DNA from: an uncultured Acidobacteriota bacterium
GTDB lineage: Bacteria > Acidobacteriota > Blastocatellia > RBC074
Length of the DNA stretch: 64,000 nt
Reading direction: 5' to 3'
Assembly: GCA_963796275.1 (NCBI GenBank)
Contig: CAWCKY010000001.1
Coordinates: 128,001 to 192,000 of the forward strand
Shown here piece by piece: positions 1 through 10,631 of the stretch (its first letter is position 1; each line of letters opens with the position of its first letter). Made by a program: the position numbers and the translations under genes. The notes under the pieces were generated by a model, which did no database searches, was not told where the DNA came from, and saw only the letters and a list, made by a program, of their open reading frames with translations.

Positions 1-1740
1 GGCTCGATACTTCAACTTCCAAAGGACAAGCCGCTCGGCGCTGCCGGCCCTAACCGTAACAGAAAACTCAGCCCTGATGAAGACGCTGATTTCCTCATCA
101 TCAAGGACCGCTGGCGCATCGGCATTCCTGACGACCCGCGCTTCCGCAAGGGCAGCATATTCGATCCGTATAATCTGAACTTCCTGAAAGGCGATTACCC
201 GATCATTGGCAACGACATTTTCATGGAACTCAATTTCGCAAGCGAGAGTTTCTTCAACCTCCGCCAACTCCCCACGCTGTCGGGCAAAAACGCCAACCTT
301 CCCAGCAATTACGCGGCTTTCAACGGCGGGCGGCAGCAGTTCTTAAATCAAAACATCATATACTCGTTCGACTTGTTCAAAGGCGACGCCTCGTACAAAC
401 CCGTCGATTGGCGCGTCAAGTTTACCGGCACAACCAACCTGAGTCTCCTGCGGGTGCGCGATAACGGAGTCGACAGTCAGGATCCGCGAAAGGGCAAATC
501 GCGTTCTGACGGTTTCAACTCTATCGAGGAAGCCTTCGTCGAATGGCGGTTGGGCGACACGCCCAAACTGCTCCCATTCCTGCGCGGCAAAAAGAGCAAG
601 GGCGGGCGCTCTCCCGAATTCGATACAACATCGATGCGCGTGGGCATCCAGGAATTCACCAGCGATTTCCGCGGTTTCGTTTTCAGCGACACGAACCTCG
701 GCGCGAGAATGTACGGCAATTTCGAGTCGAACAGGTATCAGTACAACATTGTCTATTTCAACATGCTGGAAAAAGACACCAACAGCCAGCTTAACCAGAT
801 CAATTTCGCCGAAATCGGGTTTCGCAACCAGAGGGTCTACATCGCCAACCTCTACCGCCAGGATACGTTCGTCGAAGGTTACACGCTGCAGTTCAGCACG
901 CTCTATAACGACGACCAGGGGGGCATACTTCAGGATCAAAACAAATTGCAGGTGCGCCCCTCGCTGCTCGGCACTCCCGTTCCGCACCGAGTTCAGGCGG
1001 GTTATTTCGGCGTTAACGGCGACGGTCATTTCGGCCGTTTGAACCTCACGAACTCATTCTACCAGGTGATCGGACGCGACACGTTCAACGGGCTGTCTAA
1101 CGGCTATCAACGCATCAACGCCCAGATGGGAGCGGTTGAATTCTCGTTGGATTACGACTTTATTCGTTACCGCCTGGCCGGCTTCTACTCTTCGGGCGAC
1201 TCAAATCCGAAGGACGGGACGGCGAAAGGCTTCGACTCGATTGTAGACCAACCGAATTTCGCCGGCGGCGAATTCAGTTTCTGGAATTCCCAGGAGATCC
1301 GGTTGTCTCAAACCGGCGCGGAGTTGGTCGGGCCGAAAAGCCTGGTCCCCGCCTTGCGCAGCACCAAGCTTCAAGGGCAAGCAAATTTCGTCAACCCCGG
1401 CCTGATGCTTTTCAACGCGGGCATCGACGTCAACGTGACGCCGAAATTGCGATCGTTCATCAACTACAATTACCTGCGGTTCGTACGCACCGAGCCACTT
1501 GAACTCGCTTTGTTACAAAACAACATCCGTCACGAAATCGGCCACGATCTGGGAATCGGGTTCACTTATCGTCCGCTGTTGAGCGAGAATATCGTCCTGA
1601 CCGCCGGAGCCTCCGGGCTCAGAAGCGGTCGCGGCTTCACCGACATCTTTTCGTCGAATTGCGGTGGCATTGGGCAAGGATGCGGGGCGACTACCCCCAC
1701 GCTCTTCTCGACATTCATGAAGGTGAAGTTTCGATATTGA
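1..1740 (+). CDS. Putative outer-membrane beta-barrel protein, 5' end outside window
   Basis: Frame 1 is open from base 1 (GSILQLPKDKPL...KDRWRIG...DPYNLNFLKGDYP) into the listed 505-aa ORF. Rich in alternating aromatic/polar strands and ends in a beta-signal-like MKVKFRY. Confidence 0.6.
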   Translation, partial: GSILQLPKDKPLGAAGPNRNRKLSPDEDADFLIIKDRWRIGIPDDPRFRKGSIFDPYNLNFLKGDYPIIGNDIFMELNFASESFFNLRQLPTLSGKNANLPSNYAAFNGGRQQFLNQNIIYSFDLFKGDASYKPVDWRVKFTGTTNLSLLRVRDNGVDSQDPRKGKSRSDGFNSIEEAFVEWRLGDTPKLLPFLRGKKSKGGRSPEFDTTSMRVGIQEFTSDFRGFVFSDTNLGARMYGNFESNRYQYNIVYFNMLEKDTNSQLNQINFAEIGFRNQRVYIANLYRQDTFVEGYTLQFSTLYNDDQGGILQDQNKLQVRPSLLGTPVPHRVQAGYFGVNGDGHFGRLNLTNSFYQVIGRDTFNGLSNGYQRINAQMGAVEFSLDYDFIRYRLAGFYSSGDSNPKDGTAKGFDSIVDQPNFAGGEFSFWNSQEIRLSQTGAELVGPKSLVPALRSTKLQGQANFVNPGLMLFNAGIDVNVTPKLRSFINYNYLRFVRTEPLELALLQNNIRHEIGHDLGIGFTYRPLLSENIVLTAGASGLRSGRGFTDIFSSNCGGIGQGCGATTPTLFSTFMKVKFRY

Positions 1741-2403
1741 GAGATTGATCGCATGCAGGTTCAACGTATCGTTTGGGAGACGATCAAAATCTGATTGCTG
1801 GTCTGGCCCTCAATAGTGGCAGTCTCTTCCCTGACAATTTCAGACAGCCTTCCATATGCGCTCAAATTCCGGCTACCTGCACGCCACGCGCGGCTTTTTG
1901 TGTCTGTACATTGCAGCGCCCCTCAAGCTCCCGTATATCCTATGAGGGGAGACGCCTCGCCAGTCTCCGCCCGGTGGGGGAGGTTTTTCATCCAACTCCC
2001 ACGCGTCACACATCTTCCCACTTCGTTGTGTACGCCGGGGACCTCATAAGAATGCCGCGTATTGGCACGAGTGGATCCGCAACCTTGCGCTCGAGATACG
2101 CCCCCCATCACCGCAAATCGCACCACAAATCGTTCCGCCGTCGCGGATTCGGTAGTCTTTTTGTCGTTTGTTAGCCAATGCCTATTCATATTCTCCCTTT
2201 TGAAGGTAATTAATTACCTTGACCATTTTTGTGTGCTTCCGGTTTTCGTTCGTGGGTCATAAGGCCGGAATCCAGCCCCACATATTGCTGTAACAATTTT
2301 ATGGCATTTCGATAGATCGTGTTTCCAGAGACCCAATAAAGTCAGAGGGAAAGTTAATAACAACATCTATTGCCCCCATAATTACTGTTCAGCCTTGTTC
2401 CGC

Positions 2404-3342
2404 CTAGAAATTGATTGAGCCTGAAATCTGAAGTGAGAACCCCTGAAATGTTGACCTGTTCGAGAATTCCTTAAAATACTTAACGCCCAGGGTCACGTTC
2501 CGCTCCGGCAATATCACGTTCGACGCAAATCCAATGGCATTGACCTGATAATGAGCCTTTGCCTGCTCCGATGTTATGGTTGGCCCGCTTTTATCTGTGG
2601 TTTGCCACTGACCGTAGCCGACTAGCCCGACTTGCAGGCTAATATCATCACGCAGCGGAATAGTCTGCGTCAGCGAATAGTCGAGACTCAAGGTTTGGCC
2701 CGGATGTATATTGGTGCCTTTCTGAGTGCTATGGAATTCGTACATCTGGAAGGCAGAAACGGCTGTCGCCCTATTCTTTGTCAGGTAGAACGTTTGGCCC
2801 GAAGACAAGGCATGGGTCCAATAACCCGAACCGACGTTATTGTCCGCCCCAGCCTTGAACCTTCCGGTTGGGGCCAGGAAGCCGTAAACCGCCCGGATGG
2901 CGATGCGTTTCTTTTGCCAGCCCAGGATGAACGGCTGATAATAAGAGTCAGCGAATCCGCCGCCGCCGCTGATGGCACCCACAGCATCTGAAGTAAGAGA
3001 GTTATTGGCGACCGGCAGAGTGGCCGAAAGCGAAAATCTTGCGCCGCCCAATATCTCCTTCTTGCTGACCCAAATGAGGGAGTTCATATCCATCAAAACC
3101 GATTGACCCCCAGTGGCCAGGATCTCGCCATCAGGCCCCTTCAGTTGGTTGCGCGAGTAGAACAGAAATTGGTTTGAGTAGGTGAATCCGGATTCGGGCG
3201 TGATTCCGGAGTTGGTAGCGTTCATGCCGAGTGGATATACGCCTCTGACCTGCGCCTCTGCTGGAACATAGCCAATAAAAGCGTATGTCATCACGAGCAG
3301 CCCAGCCGAAATAATCCATCCTGGGCTAAGATTTTTTGTCAC
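2404..3342 (-). CDS. SphA/MetA-pathway phenol-degradation family outer-membrane channel
   Basis: Signal peptide, then YPLGMNATNSGITPESGF, GGGGFADSYYQP, APTGRF..NNVGSGYWT and terminal INF. Overlaps the upstream gene by 4 nt. Confidence 0.8.
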   Translation of the reverse strand: MTKNLSPGWIISAGLLVMTYAFIGYVPAEAQVRGVYPLGMNATNSGITPESGFTYSNQFLFYSRNQLKGPDGEILATGGQSVLMDMNSLIWVSKKEILGGARFSLSATLPVANNSLTSDAVGAISGGGGFADSYYQPFILGWQKKRIAIRAVYGFLAPTGRFKAGADNNVGSGYWTHALSSGQTFYLTKNRATAVSAFQMYEFHSTQKGTNIHPGQTLSLDYSLTQTIPLRDDISLQVGLVGYGQWQTTDKSGPTITSEQAKAHYQVNAIGFASNVILPERNVTLGVKYFKEFSNRSTFQGFSLQISGSINF

Positions 3343-4760
3343 GAGATATCGTTCGCCTCCATCTCCGCTTGCCAGCGCAATTTCAGATTGAGCTGGCGAG
3401 CCGCGCTTGCCGCCACGCGACCGAGGATCCCGGCGTAGGTAGGAAATGAAAGTGGAACTTGAGCCAGCTCATCCACTCGCATCCCGGCGGCAATGGCGAT
3501 GGTTGCCACCTGGGTGATATCGACCGCACGCTCGCCAACGACGTGGCAGCCCAAGATTTTGTATGTCGCGCGGTCGGCGATCAGCTTGCAGAAACCGGCC
3601 GTCCGCCCATCGATGATCGTGCGTGTAGTCGAATCGAAGGGCACAACCGCCGTCACGACATCGTGTGTTTCTCGGGCCTTCGCCTCGGTCAGGCCCACCT
3701 GTGCATACTCCGGATCGGTGAAGCTGCCGATCGGACTCACCTGATCCCCAAGCGTCATCGTCGCGCCTCGCACTGCATTGGTGGCAGCCACAAAGCCATC
3801 CTGTATCGCCTGTGGGACCAGCAACAGACGCCCGGTGATGTCCCCGGCGGCGAAGATATGTGGCGCAGATGTACGTAAGTAAGCGTCAACCTGCACGAAG
3901 CCCCGATGATCGATATCGACGCCTGCCGTCGCGAGGTTCACCCCGGCGGTATTGGCAACCCAGCCCACCGTCACGACCGCGAGAGCAGCCTCTGCGCTGT
4001 CCCGTGCGCCGTCTTTCGAGAAGATCATGCGCACGCCGCTCGGCATCTTCTCGAAAGACTCGATATCGCCGAAGTCCTCGCGCACAACTATTCCTGAACC
4101 GCGAAACGCCGCCGCGACTGCCGCCGATACGTCCTCGTCCTCAGTAGGCAGAATGCGCGGGCCTGCCTGGAAGAGTTGGACTCGCGAACCGAAGGCGTTG
4201 AAAATTGAGGCGACCTGCGCTCCAGTCGCACCCCCGCCAATGACCAGCATAGACGGCGGGACGGAAGTCAGACCCCAGGCGTCGCTGTGTGTGGCAGTCA
4301 ACTCGAAGCCGGGGACGGAGAGTCGCCGGCTCACGCCGCCCGTGCAAATGATGATCTTTTCAGCCCGCAGCCGCAGCCCGCTCTCGGTTTCGATAGTGTG
4401 CAGATCGGCAAAGCGCGCGGCGCCGGCCTGCTCGTAGACGGTCACTCCCAGTGAATCGATCTGCCCGCGGAATGCAGAATGGGCACGCACATCGTTGACG
4501 ACCGCACGCACGCGCGCAAGCAGACTGGGATAGTCCAGCACCGGCTCGCTCACAGCGATGCCGTACTGACCGAGTTGGCGGGCTTCTCGGATCAGCCGGG
4601 CGGCATGAGCCAGTGTCCGCACCGGAACCGGACCGTCGTTCGCCGCCATTCCGCCAAATTCGTCACGGGTTATGAGTGCTGTCTTGGCGCCCAGGTCTGC
4701 GGCGCGCAGCGCGGCGACCATACCTGCAGGTCCGGCGCCAATAACGATGACGTCTAACAT
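3339..4760 (-). CDS. Class I pyridine nucleotide-disulfide oxidoreductase (Lpd-like) lacking the redox-active cysteines
   Basis: GAGPAG FAD motif, GGGATG NAD motif, TSAPHIFAAGD, FTDPEYAQVG and dimerisation domain. The active-site segment reads GGMAANDGPVP instead of GGxCxxxGCxP. Confidence 0.85.
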   Translation of the reverse strand: MLDVIVIGAGPAGMVAALRAADLGAKTALITRDEFGGMAANDGPVPVRTLAHAARLIREARQLGQYGIAVSEPVLDYPSLLARVRAVVNDVRAHSAFRGQIDSLGVTVYEQAGAARFADLHTIETESGLRLRAEKIIICTGGVSRRLSVPGFELTATHSDAWGLTSVPPSMLVIGGGATGAQVASIFNAFGSRVQLFQAGPRILPTEDEDVSAAVAAAFRGSGIVVREDFGDIESFEKMPSGVRMIFSKDGARDSAEAALAVVTVGWVANTAGVNLATAGVDIDHRGFVQVDAYLRTSAPHIFAAGDITGRLLLVPQAIQDGFVAATNAVRGATMTLGDQVSPIGSFTDPEYAQVGLTEAKARETHDVVTAVVPFDSTTRTIIDGRTAGFCKLIADRATYKILGCHVVGERAVDITQVATIAIAAGMRVDELAQVPLSFPTYAGILGRVAASAARQLNLKLRWQAEMEANDIS

Positions 4761-4774
4761 CTACGACTCTCCTT

Positions 4775-6109
4775 CTATGTTTGGAGGTCGGCCAGCCATC
4801 GCAGTGCTCGCAGTCCGGGCATAAAGCAATATTCACCACCCCGCGTGACGACAAACCGCGGGAGGCCCTGAAGGCGCCTGCGAACCGGTCGCCGTGGGAC
4901 TGTAAAGCTGGTGCCCTCTTCGTTCGATCCGACAATGGGATCCTTGGCATCCTCTCCCCCGAAGAAAACACCATCATTTATCCATTGAGACTGGACGAAC
5001 TCGAACTGCCGCCCCAGATGCGCTCCGACAAACGCGAACATCAACCCTCGATCGGCGCCATCGTCCTCCAGAACTCCTTCCGGGAGTGGCGGGCCATAAG
5101 CAGTTCCGCGCCGGATCATGCGGTGTATCCTGGCTACGCCGGCTACGGACGCGTCTCGCGGGTTTGTCCGCCTGATGTGCGAGCCGCCGGGAGTCTTGAA
5201 TCCTGCCGGGTCGTCCTCTTCATAGAGGAAATCGTTGTTGCGTCGCCTATCGGCGCCCAGTTCGGGATCGTCGTGGAACGGGCAGAGCGCCAGGGGCGCG
5301 CCGCTGCGCCAGCGCCCCATCGTCTTGGCCGCCAGTAGTTCTTCATCCTCAGGGCCGGTAGAGTTCGCCTTCAGGTATTCGCGAAATGCCGCCACACGCT
5401 GGTGTAGCTTGCGGAATACGACATAGGTCCCGTTGCGGCCCAGAACCTCGGGCTGAGTTATCTGAATGCCGCTTATCTCGTCTCTATAGCCAAGAACGAA
5501 TTCGCCCGCCTTAAGAGGTTGTTCCTTGGGATTGGTTCCAGGAATGCCGCTCCCTTCGATCGCCGGGTGGCTGATGCCGTCTCTGAATCCGAAGGGCTCC
5601 TTTTCGCTTGGCAGCGCATGGCAGTCCTGTCGCCAGATCGCAGTTATCCCCGGCAGTTCCTGGTACGCCTTCCGAGCGCGATCGAGTACCACCTTAAGTT
5701 GCTGAGCATCCGGGGAGACTGCGACGAGCACTACATGGACGTCCGGCGTCCCTAGCGGTTTTTCCCAGTTATCAGGACTGCTCTCGTTGGTATCTCCCAG
5801 CTCTTTCGCGCGCGCGGCCATTCCCTGCCGGAACTCCCAGGCGAAGCTGTCGAGCGAATCCTGCGGCACGCCGAGAGCCTTGAGACCCTGGTAGGTGAGC
5901 GCGACGCTCACCCAGGTATCGGCTAAAGGGCTGGTTGGATCAGCGGCCGAGGTCACGACTGCACTCACTCGCCGCATCAATTCCCGCCCCGCTTTGCGGT
6001 CGTCAATCCTGAACACAATGTAAGTTGCCGCATACGGAGTCGGCCGTGGGCGCAGGACTCCGCTTTGGATGTCGTCCAGTTCGAGCATGACGTTAGCTTC
6101 TCCGGTCAT
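4775..6109 (-). CDS. DyP-type heme peroxidase
   Basis: LDDIQ start, FGFRDGISHP (GxxDG), NGTYVVFRKLHQ, MGRWRSGAP, HIRRTNPR (proximal His), RMIRRG and QFEFVQ. ATG at 6109 with AGAAAGGA upstream. Confidence 0.9.
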   Translation of the reverse strand: MTGEANVMLELDDIQSGVLRPRPTPYAATYIVFRIDDRKAGRELMRRVSAVVTSAADPTSPLADTWVSVALTYQGLKALGVPQDSLDSFAWEFRQGMAARAKELGDTNESSPDNWEKPLGTPDVHVVLVAVSPDAQQLKVVLDRARKAYQELPGITAIWRQDCHALPSEKEPFGFRDGISHPAIEGSGIPGTNPKEQPLKAGEFVLGYRDEISGIQITQPEVLGRNGTYVVFRKLHQRVAAFREYLKANSTGPEDEELLAAKTMGRWRSGAPLALCPFHDDPELGADRRRNNDFLYEEDDPAGFKTPGGSHIRRTNPRDASVAGVARIHRMIRRGTAYGPPLPEGVLEDDGADRGLMFAFVGAHLGRQFEFVQSQWINDGVFFGGEDAKDPIVGSNEEGTSFTVPRRPVRRRLQGLPRFVVTRGGEYCFMPGLRALRWLADLQT

Positions 6110-6212
6110 ATATCCTTTCTTTCCGAATAGCCTCACTTTGCCGTGGCGATATTCTTCCAGAAGTTTTCCAGGCTCTCGTCACGAACAGTGTGGTGAAGTG
6201 TCATCTCGCAAG

Positions 6213-6617
6213 TCACTTGCTAGTTCCTTTCGTCCACGCCCAGGCTGTTATGCGCCACCCTTCGGCGAGTTTGCGAAGCGCCACCGTAAGGATCGCGCCA
6301 GTTTGCGTAACCTGTTGGCCGTGTACTTTGAACGTCATGGTCGCGGGAACAACCACATACGCGCTATCGCCGGTGACGTTGTTATGCAACGGCTCGCCCA
6401 GCGTGACGAAATAGTTTGAAGCACCGTGTTGCTCACCTTCAATCAGCACATCTCGGTACCAATCCTGAGAGACTGTTGGTCCTTGCCACACGTGCGGCGC
6501 CATGCCGTCAAGAATCGAGCCCGGGATAGCGAAAGTCGCAGCCATCGCCTTTCCGTCACCTTTGTTAAAGTTTTCGATGTATTGGTGTACTGTCGCCATC
6601 GGATCTGTCGTAGCCAT
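6213..6617 (-). CDS. SnoaL/NTF2-like fold protein
   Basis: 134 aa with VHQYIENFNKGD and C-terminal LRKLAEGWRITAWAW, typical of NTF2-like proteins. Confidence 0.75.
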   Translation of the reverse strand: MATTDPMATVHQYIENFNKGDGKAMAATFAIPGSILDGMAPHVWQGPTVSQDWYRDVLIEGEQHGASNYFVTLGEPLHNNVTGDSAYVVVPATMTFKVHGQQVTQTGAILTVALRKLAEGWRITAWAWTKGTSK

Positions 6618-6653
6618 TTCATTCTCCTTTTTGGATTGCGCTGAGTGATGTCC

Positions 6654-7674
6654 TCACTTCGCTGTTGCAATATTCTTCCAGAAGTTTTCCAGGCTCTTAT
6701 CCAGACCGAAAAGCGTGCTGAAGATCGTGGAATCCGCCAACAGCACATCGCCGGCCCGGTCGCCGCTCGGGGGCATCCAGAGAAACATGTTGAATTCCCG
6801 ATTTCCTGCTTCCGTGAACGGATGTGGCTTGGACATGTCGATCGGCTGTCTGGCGAGAACATGAATGGACTTGGTGTCATCAGTTGTCAGCGCATAGTGC
6901 GGCAGGTGCGAATGGAAGTTGAAGGTTGTAACCCCCTGGAGCCAGCCTCTGGTATCCAGATCCCTCGCAATGGACAAGGGAGCGAGCGTTTTGGTTCCCG
7001 GGACCAGCGCGGGACGCAGACCATAGCGATTCTCGATGGGTACTCCGATTCCCCTCATCAGGGATCGCGTGTACTTGCCGAAGCGTTGCTGGCGGGGCAC
7101 CAGAGCGTCGCCGTGGTGGTAGTACTCCATGTCGCGCACTTTCGGATCGTCTGAAACTCCGACCTCGTGATGTGGACCCAGGATCAGACAGGTTCCCTCG
7201 CGCTTGAGAAACTGCCGAAGGGCTTCGATCTCTTCCGGCGCGGCCTCCTGCTCCGTAACCATATGGTCCAAACCAAACACCAGCAGGGTGTCTGCGTCTG
7301 CCAGAACCCGCTCGTCGAGAGGAAGTTTGAACCCTGCCTGGTCGATCCGCTGAAACACCGGGACTACATGCCCGGTAGTATCACCGACGAACTGCTGGAA
7401 CGGCACCCAGGCCCAGAAGAACAATTCCAGGGCTCCCGTAATTCCTTGCTGGAACTGTAACCGATCAGACCACTCAGGCGCTTCATAGGCGGGCCATGCC
7501 ACCCGCCGAACCTCGGTCATCGTTGAGAATCGGTTATCCAGCTCGGCCGGATTCCTGTTAGCCTCAGCCGGGTAACTCCATGCAGATGTAGATACTCACT
7601 CGTCGCCGGCTCGGAGTATATTTCCGCGGCACATGGTTTTGGTTATATGTCCGTGCAGTTGTCGGTTGGCTCAT
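6654..7674 (-). CDS. Hypothetical protein of the DyP operon, one +1 frameshift near 7585
   Basis: ATG at 7674 behind an AGGAG RBS gives MSQPTTARTYNQNHVPRKYTPSRRRVSIYI. Another frame continues WSYPAEANRNPAELDNRFST into the listed 288-aa ORF. Total span 1021 nt = 3n+1. Confidence 0.65.
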
Positions 7675-7690
7675 TTCCTTCTCCTTCTAG

Positions 7691-8224
7691 TCACTGCATC
7701 TGATCGAGCATCTCAGACATGGCGTTCTTGATCCTCAAGGCCTTCTTAATCTCGTCGGCAGAGAAAAACGGATACTCCCCGTATTCTATAAAGCTCGGGC
7801 ACTGGTGGTCCCGGACGAATCTGATGAACGCTTCAGGGTTTGTTTTCCAGTCCGTCGGAAACCCCTCGAGATTCTCGAAGACCGTGTCGACGCCGCCCTT
7901 TGTGAAGAGAGCTATCGCGTCCTCGGTGTATTTGTCGAAATCGGTGTCGAAGATTCCCTGGTACATAAACCGTGTGTCGTCATCGAAGAGCACCCAGCGC
8001 AGGTAGTGGAGCTTGAGCGGCGCGAGCAGGTAAGGGTCAGCTTCCAACGCATTTGCCAGCTTGTACCCGTAGTTGCGGATTATCTCTGCTCTACCAGGCT
8101 TGATTTTCGCGATGATCGTAAACCCATGACACGCCGGCGTCTTGGGATAGATCGGACCGTATTTCCCCTTTTCCAGCTTGTCGGTCTCCTTTGGTATGAC
8201 GACTGCTTGTGGCTTGATCTCCAT
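7691..8224 (-). CDS. Hypothetical protein, possibly dimeric alpha-beta barrel; first gene of the DyP operon
   Basis: AAGGAG RBS; FTIIAKIKPG..., LHYLRWVLFDDDTRFMYQGIFDTDFDKY; tight packing with downstream genes. Confidence 0.7.
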   Translation of the reverse strand: MEIKPQAVVIPKETDKLEKGKYGPIYPKTPACHGFTIIAKIKPGRAEIIRNYGYKLANALEADPYLLAPLKLHYLRWVLFDDDTRFMYQGIFDTDFDKYTEDAIALFTKGGVDTVFENLEGFPTDWKTNPEAFIRFVRDHQCPSFIEYGEYPFFSADEIKKALRIKNAMSEMLDQMQ

Positions 8225-8785
8225 GTAGATTCTCCTTTTCTTTGTTGGCTCATATCCACCGTGCCTGTGGTTAAATTGAGGGTTAAATTATCTGGAGGTG
8301 GGTTGCTGTGCAGGAGTCGAGTATTGCCGATACATAGGATCACGGGTCTAGGACCCCAGCTACCCGGATTGTTAGCTGGGGTTCTCACCCGGGTGCTGCA
8401 GCGAGCCTACCTGATTCCAGCCGCATTTTCAAACTTCTGCCAGTTTCCGCTATCGCCGCGCTTGTATACGTTCCCATCCCGCTCCCGCGTACAGATAGAT
8501 TCTCCACGCTCGACCCAACAAACCCGCCGCCTTCGGGCCCGCGCCGGCTTATCATCCCACTTCATCGGTACGTGTCACGCGCCGACTTCTTCGGAGGCAA
8601 CATTGTGAGCAACCCACACGCCGGCCGCCTGGGCACGGTGTCATGTTGGAAATCCATTGGCTGACGGCTCGGGACTGTTCGAATCTGATCCTTGGGTCGG
8701 CGCGCTTGCCGAGATCACACGGCTGAAGCCAGCAACGTGGACGTGCCGCTTGCTATCGTCATGAGGCGAGTCCTACAATGATGAT

Positions 8786-9367
8786 ATGAGAATATTTTTA
8801 GCTGGCGCCTCCGGCGTTATTGGGCAGCGGTTGATTCCCAGGTTGGTTCAGGCTGGGCACGTAGTCGGCGGCATGACGCGCTCGCCCACCAAAACGGAGT
8901 TGCTGAGGCACCTCGGTGCCGAACCGATTCTTTGTGATGTCTTCGATCGGGAGGCACTTATCCAGGCGGTTCATGACTTCAAACCGGACGTCCTGCTGAA
9001 CGAGCTGACCGATCTGCCGGATGATGCGGCGCTGATCAGTGGACTCGCAGATATGAACGCTCGCATCCGAACCGAGGGAACCCGGAATCTGATCGAGGCT
9101 GCGCGACAGAGCGGGTCGCCGAAAATCCTGGCTCAAAGCGTCGCCTGGCAATTATCAGATGGACCAGATGCCCAGGCTGTTGCGGAACTGGAGCGTTCCG
9201 TTCTCGCCGTGGGCGGCGTTGTGCTTCGCTATGGCCAGTTTTACGGGCCTGGCACCTATAACGAGCAGCATCCACCCGAGGAACCTCGGGTTCACATCGA
9301 CCGAGCTGCGGAACGAACGGTGGAGGCGCTGGCCGAGCCATCGGGCGTCGTCGTCATTATCGACTGA
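8786..9367 (+). CDS. NAD-dependent epimerase/dehydratase (atypical SDR)
   Basis: MRIFLAGASGVIG Rossmann motif; VVLRYGQFYGPG. Confidence 0.85.
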   Translation: MRIFLAGASGVIGQRLIPRLVQAGHVVGGMTRSPTKTELLRHLGAEPILCDVFDREALIQAVHDFKPDVLLNELTDLPDDAALISGLADMNARIRTEGTRNLIEAARQSGSPKILAQSVAWQLSDGPDAQAVAELERSVLAVGGVVLRYGQFYGPGTYNEQHPPEEPRVHIDRAAERTVEALAEPSGVVVIID

Positions 9368-9435
9368 GCGAGTGACCGCAAAGCCGACCGGCAGGTTCGA
9401 AATGCCTCGGTCGAAACGGAAAGGAAAGGACAACC

Positions 9436-9834
9436 ATGAAAAAAGTAGTAATCGGTGGTAATGGACTGTTGGCGCTGGCCTTTCTCATAACCAGCACCCT
9501 GATGGCGCAGGAGACTATTACGCGGCTCATGTCGAATGATCTGTCAGGAGATTCCGGCAAGGAAGTTCTGATGTACACCGTGGACTTCCCGGCGGGGTTT
9601 TCGAGCCCTGTACACCGCCACAATGCGCAGGTGTCTCTTTACGTGCTGGAGGGCTCCGTCGTGATGCAGGTGAAAGGGGGAAAGGAAATCACACTGACGC
9701 CAGGCCAGACCTTTTCTGAAGGTCCCAATGATATTCACGTCGTTAGCCGGAACGCGAGTAGTACAAAGCCAGCAAAATTCATTGTGTTCATGATTAAGGA
9801 GAAAGGTGCTCCGCTGGTGGTACCAGAAAAGTAA
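9436..9834 (+). CDS. Exported cupin-domain protein
   Basis: Signal peptide; PVHRH...YVLEG and GQTFSE...IH cupin metal-binding motifs. Confidence 0.85.
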   Translation: MKKVVIGGNGLLALAFLITSTLMAQETITRLMSNDLSGDSGKEVLMYTVDFPAGFSSPVHRHNAQVSLYVLEGSVVMQVKGGKEITLTPGQTFSEGPNDIHVVSRNASSTKPAKFIVFMIKEKGAPLVVPEK

Positions 9835-10247
9835 ACCAATAATTGCGAGCAGTTCTCTTTTTTTTCTTCTGTTAGTTTTCGTAATTTGATCGCTATCGAC
9901 AGTCTCCTAAATCGTTGCAGATTATTTATGAAACTTGCCGGATGCACCACTTAGGTCGCCGGATCAATTCATTTTCCACGCACCGTGGCCCGATCACGAG
10001 TGCCTCGAGGTGGCTCGGCTGGTCGCGGCCCGCGAGAGGCGCGTACGGATCGTTAACCTTTGAGACAAGTCTCCCTCAAGGGCTGCCTTATGAAAGGCGA
10101 CCTAACGGCGTATCGCACTGAGCAAGATCGGCCCCTCTTTCGTTTGAGCCAATCGATCGGGACACAGCCACCTTTATCGCCGCATGAATGCTCTCGGAAT
10201 TAATCTCGGGTAGGCAAAAGATAACTTGAAAGTGTATCTTTATGTAG

Positions 10248-10631
10248 ATGACACAGACGATATATGACTCCATCGGTGGCGAGCAAACTCTTCGCGCGCT
10301 GGTTGATCGGTTTTACGACTTAATGGATATACTGCCCGAAGCAACTGGCATCCGCGCCCTGCATCCTGAAACGCTGGATCATTCCCGTGAGAAGTTGTTT
10401 ATGTTTTTATCGGGTTGGATGGGCGGCCCGCAGCTTTACGTTGAGCGCTTCGGCCACCCGCGACTGCGCGCCCGCCATCTCCCTTTCCCAATCGGCGAAT
10501 CTGAACGAGATCAATGGCTTTTGTGCATGAATCGTGCGTTGGACGATGTAGTCGAGAATGGGCTGACACGAGTTCAGATCGCTCGTTCGTTCGCACAGCT
10601 TGCCGATTTCATGCGCAATAAGGAGGACTGA
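10248..10631 (+). CDS. glbO: Group II truncated hemoglobin
   Basis: IYDSIGGE, LVDRFY, FLSGWMGGPQLY, GHPRLRARHLPFPIG and RDQWLLCM. Confidence 0.9.
   Translation: MTQTIYDSIGGEQTLRALVDRFYDLMDILPEATGIRALHPETLDHSREKLFMFLSGWMGGPQLYVERFGHPRLRARHLPFPIGESERDQWLLCMNRALDDVVENGLTRVQIARSFAQLADFMRNKED

Noticed and set aside
1765-2189. Minus-strand ORF with a good RBS that could read through one TGA
   Set aside because: No recognisable protein features and no SECIS-like evidence; probably a decayed gene.
8405-8500. LYAG/DGNVYKRGDSGNWQKFEN fragment on the minus strand
   Set aside because: Looks like a gene relic but is too short and frameshifted to assign.
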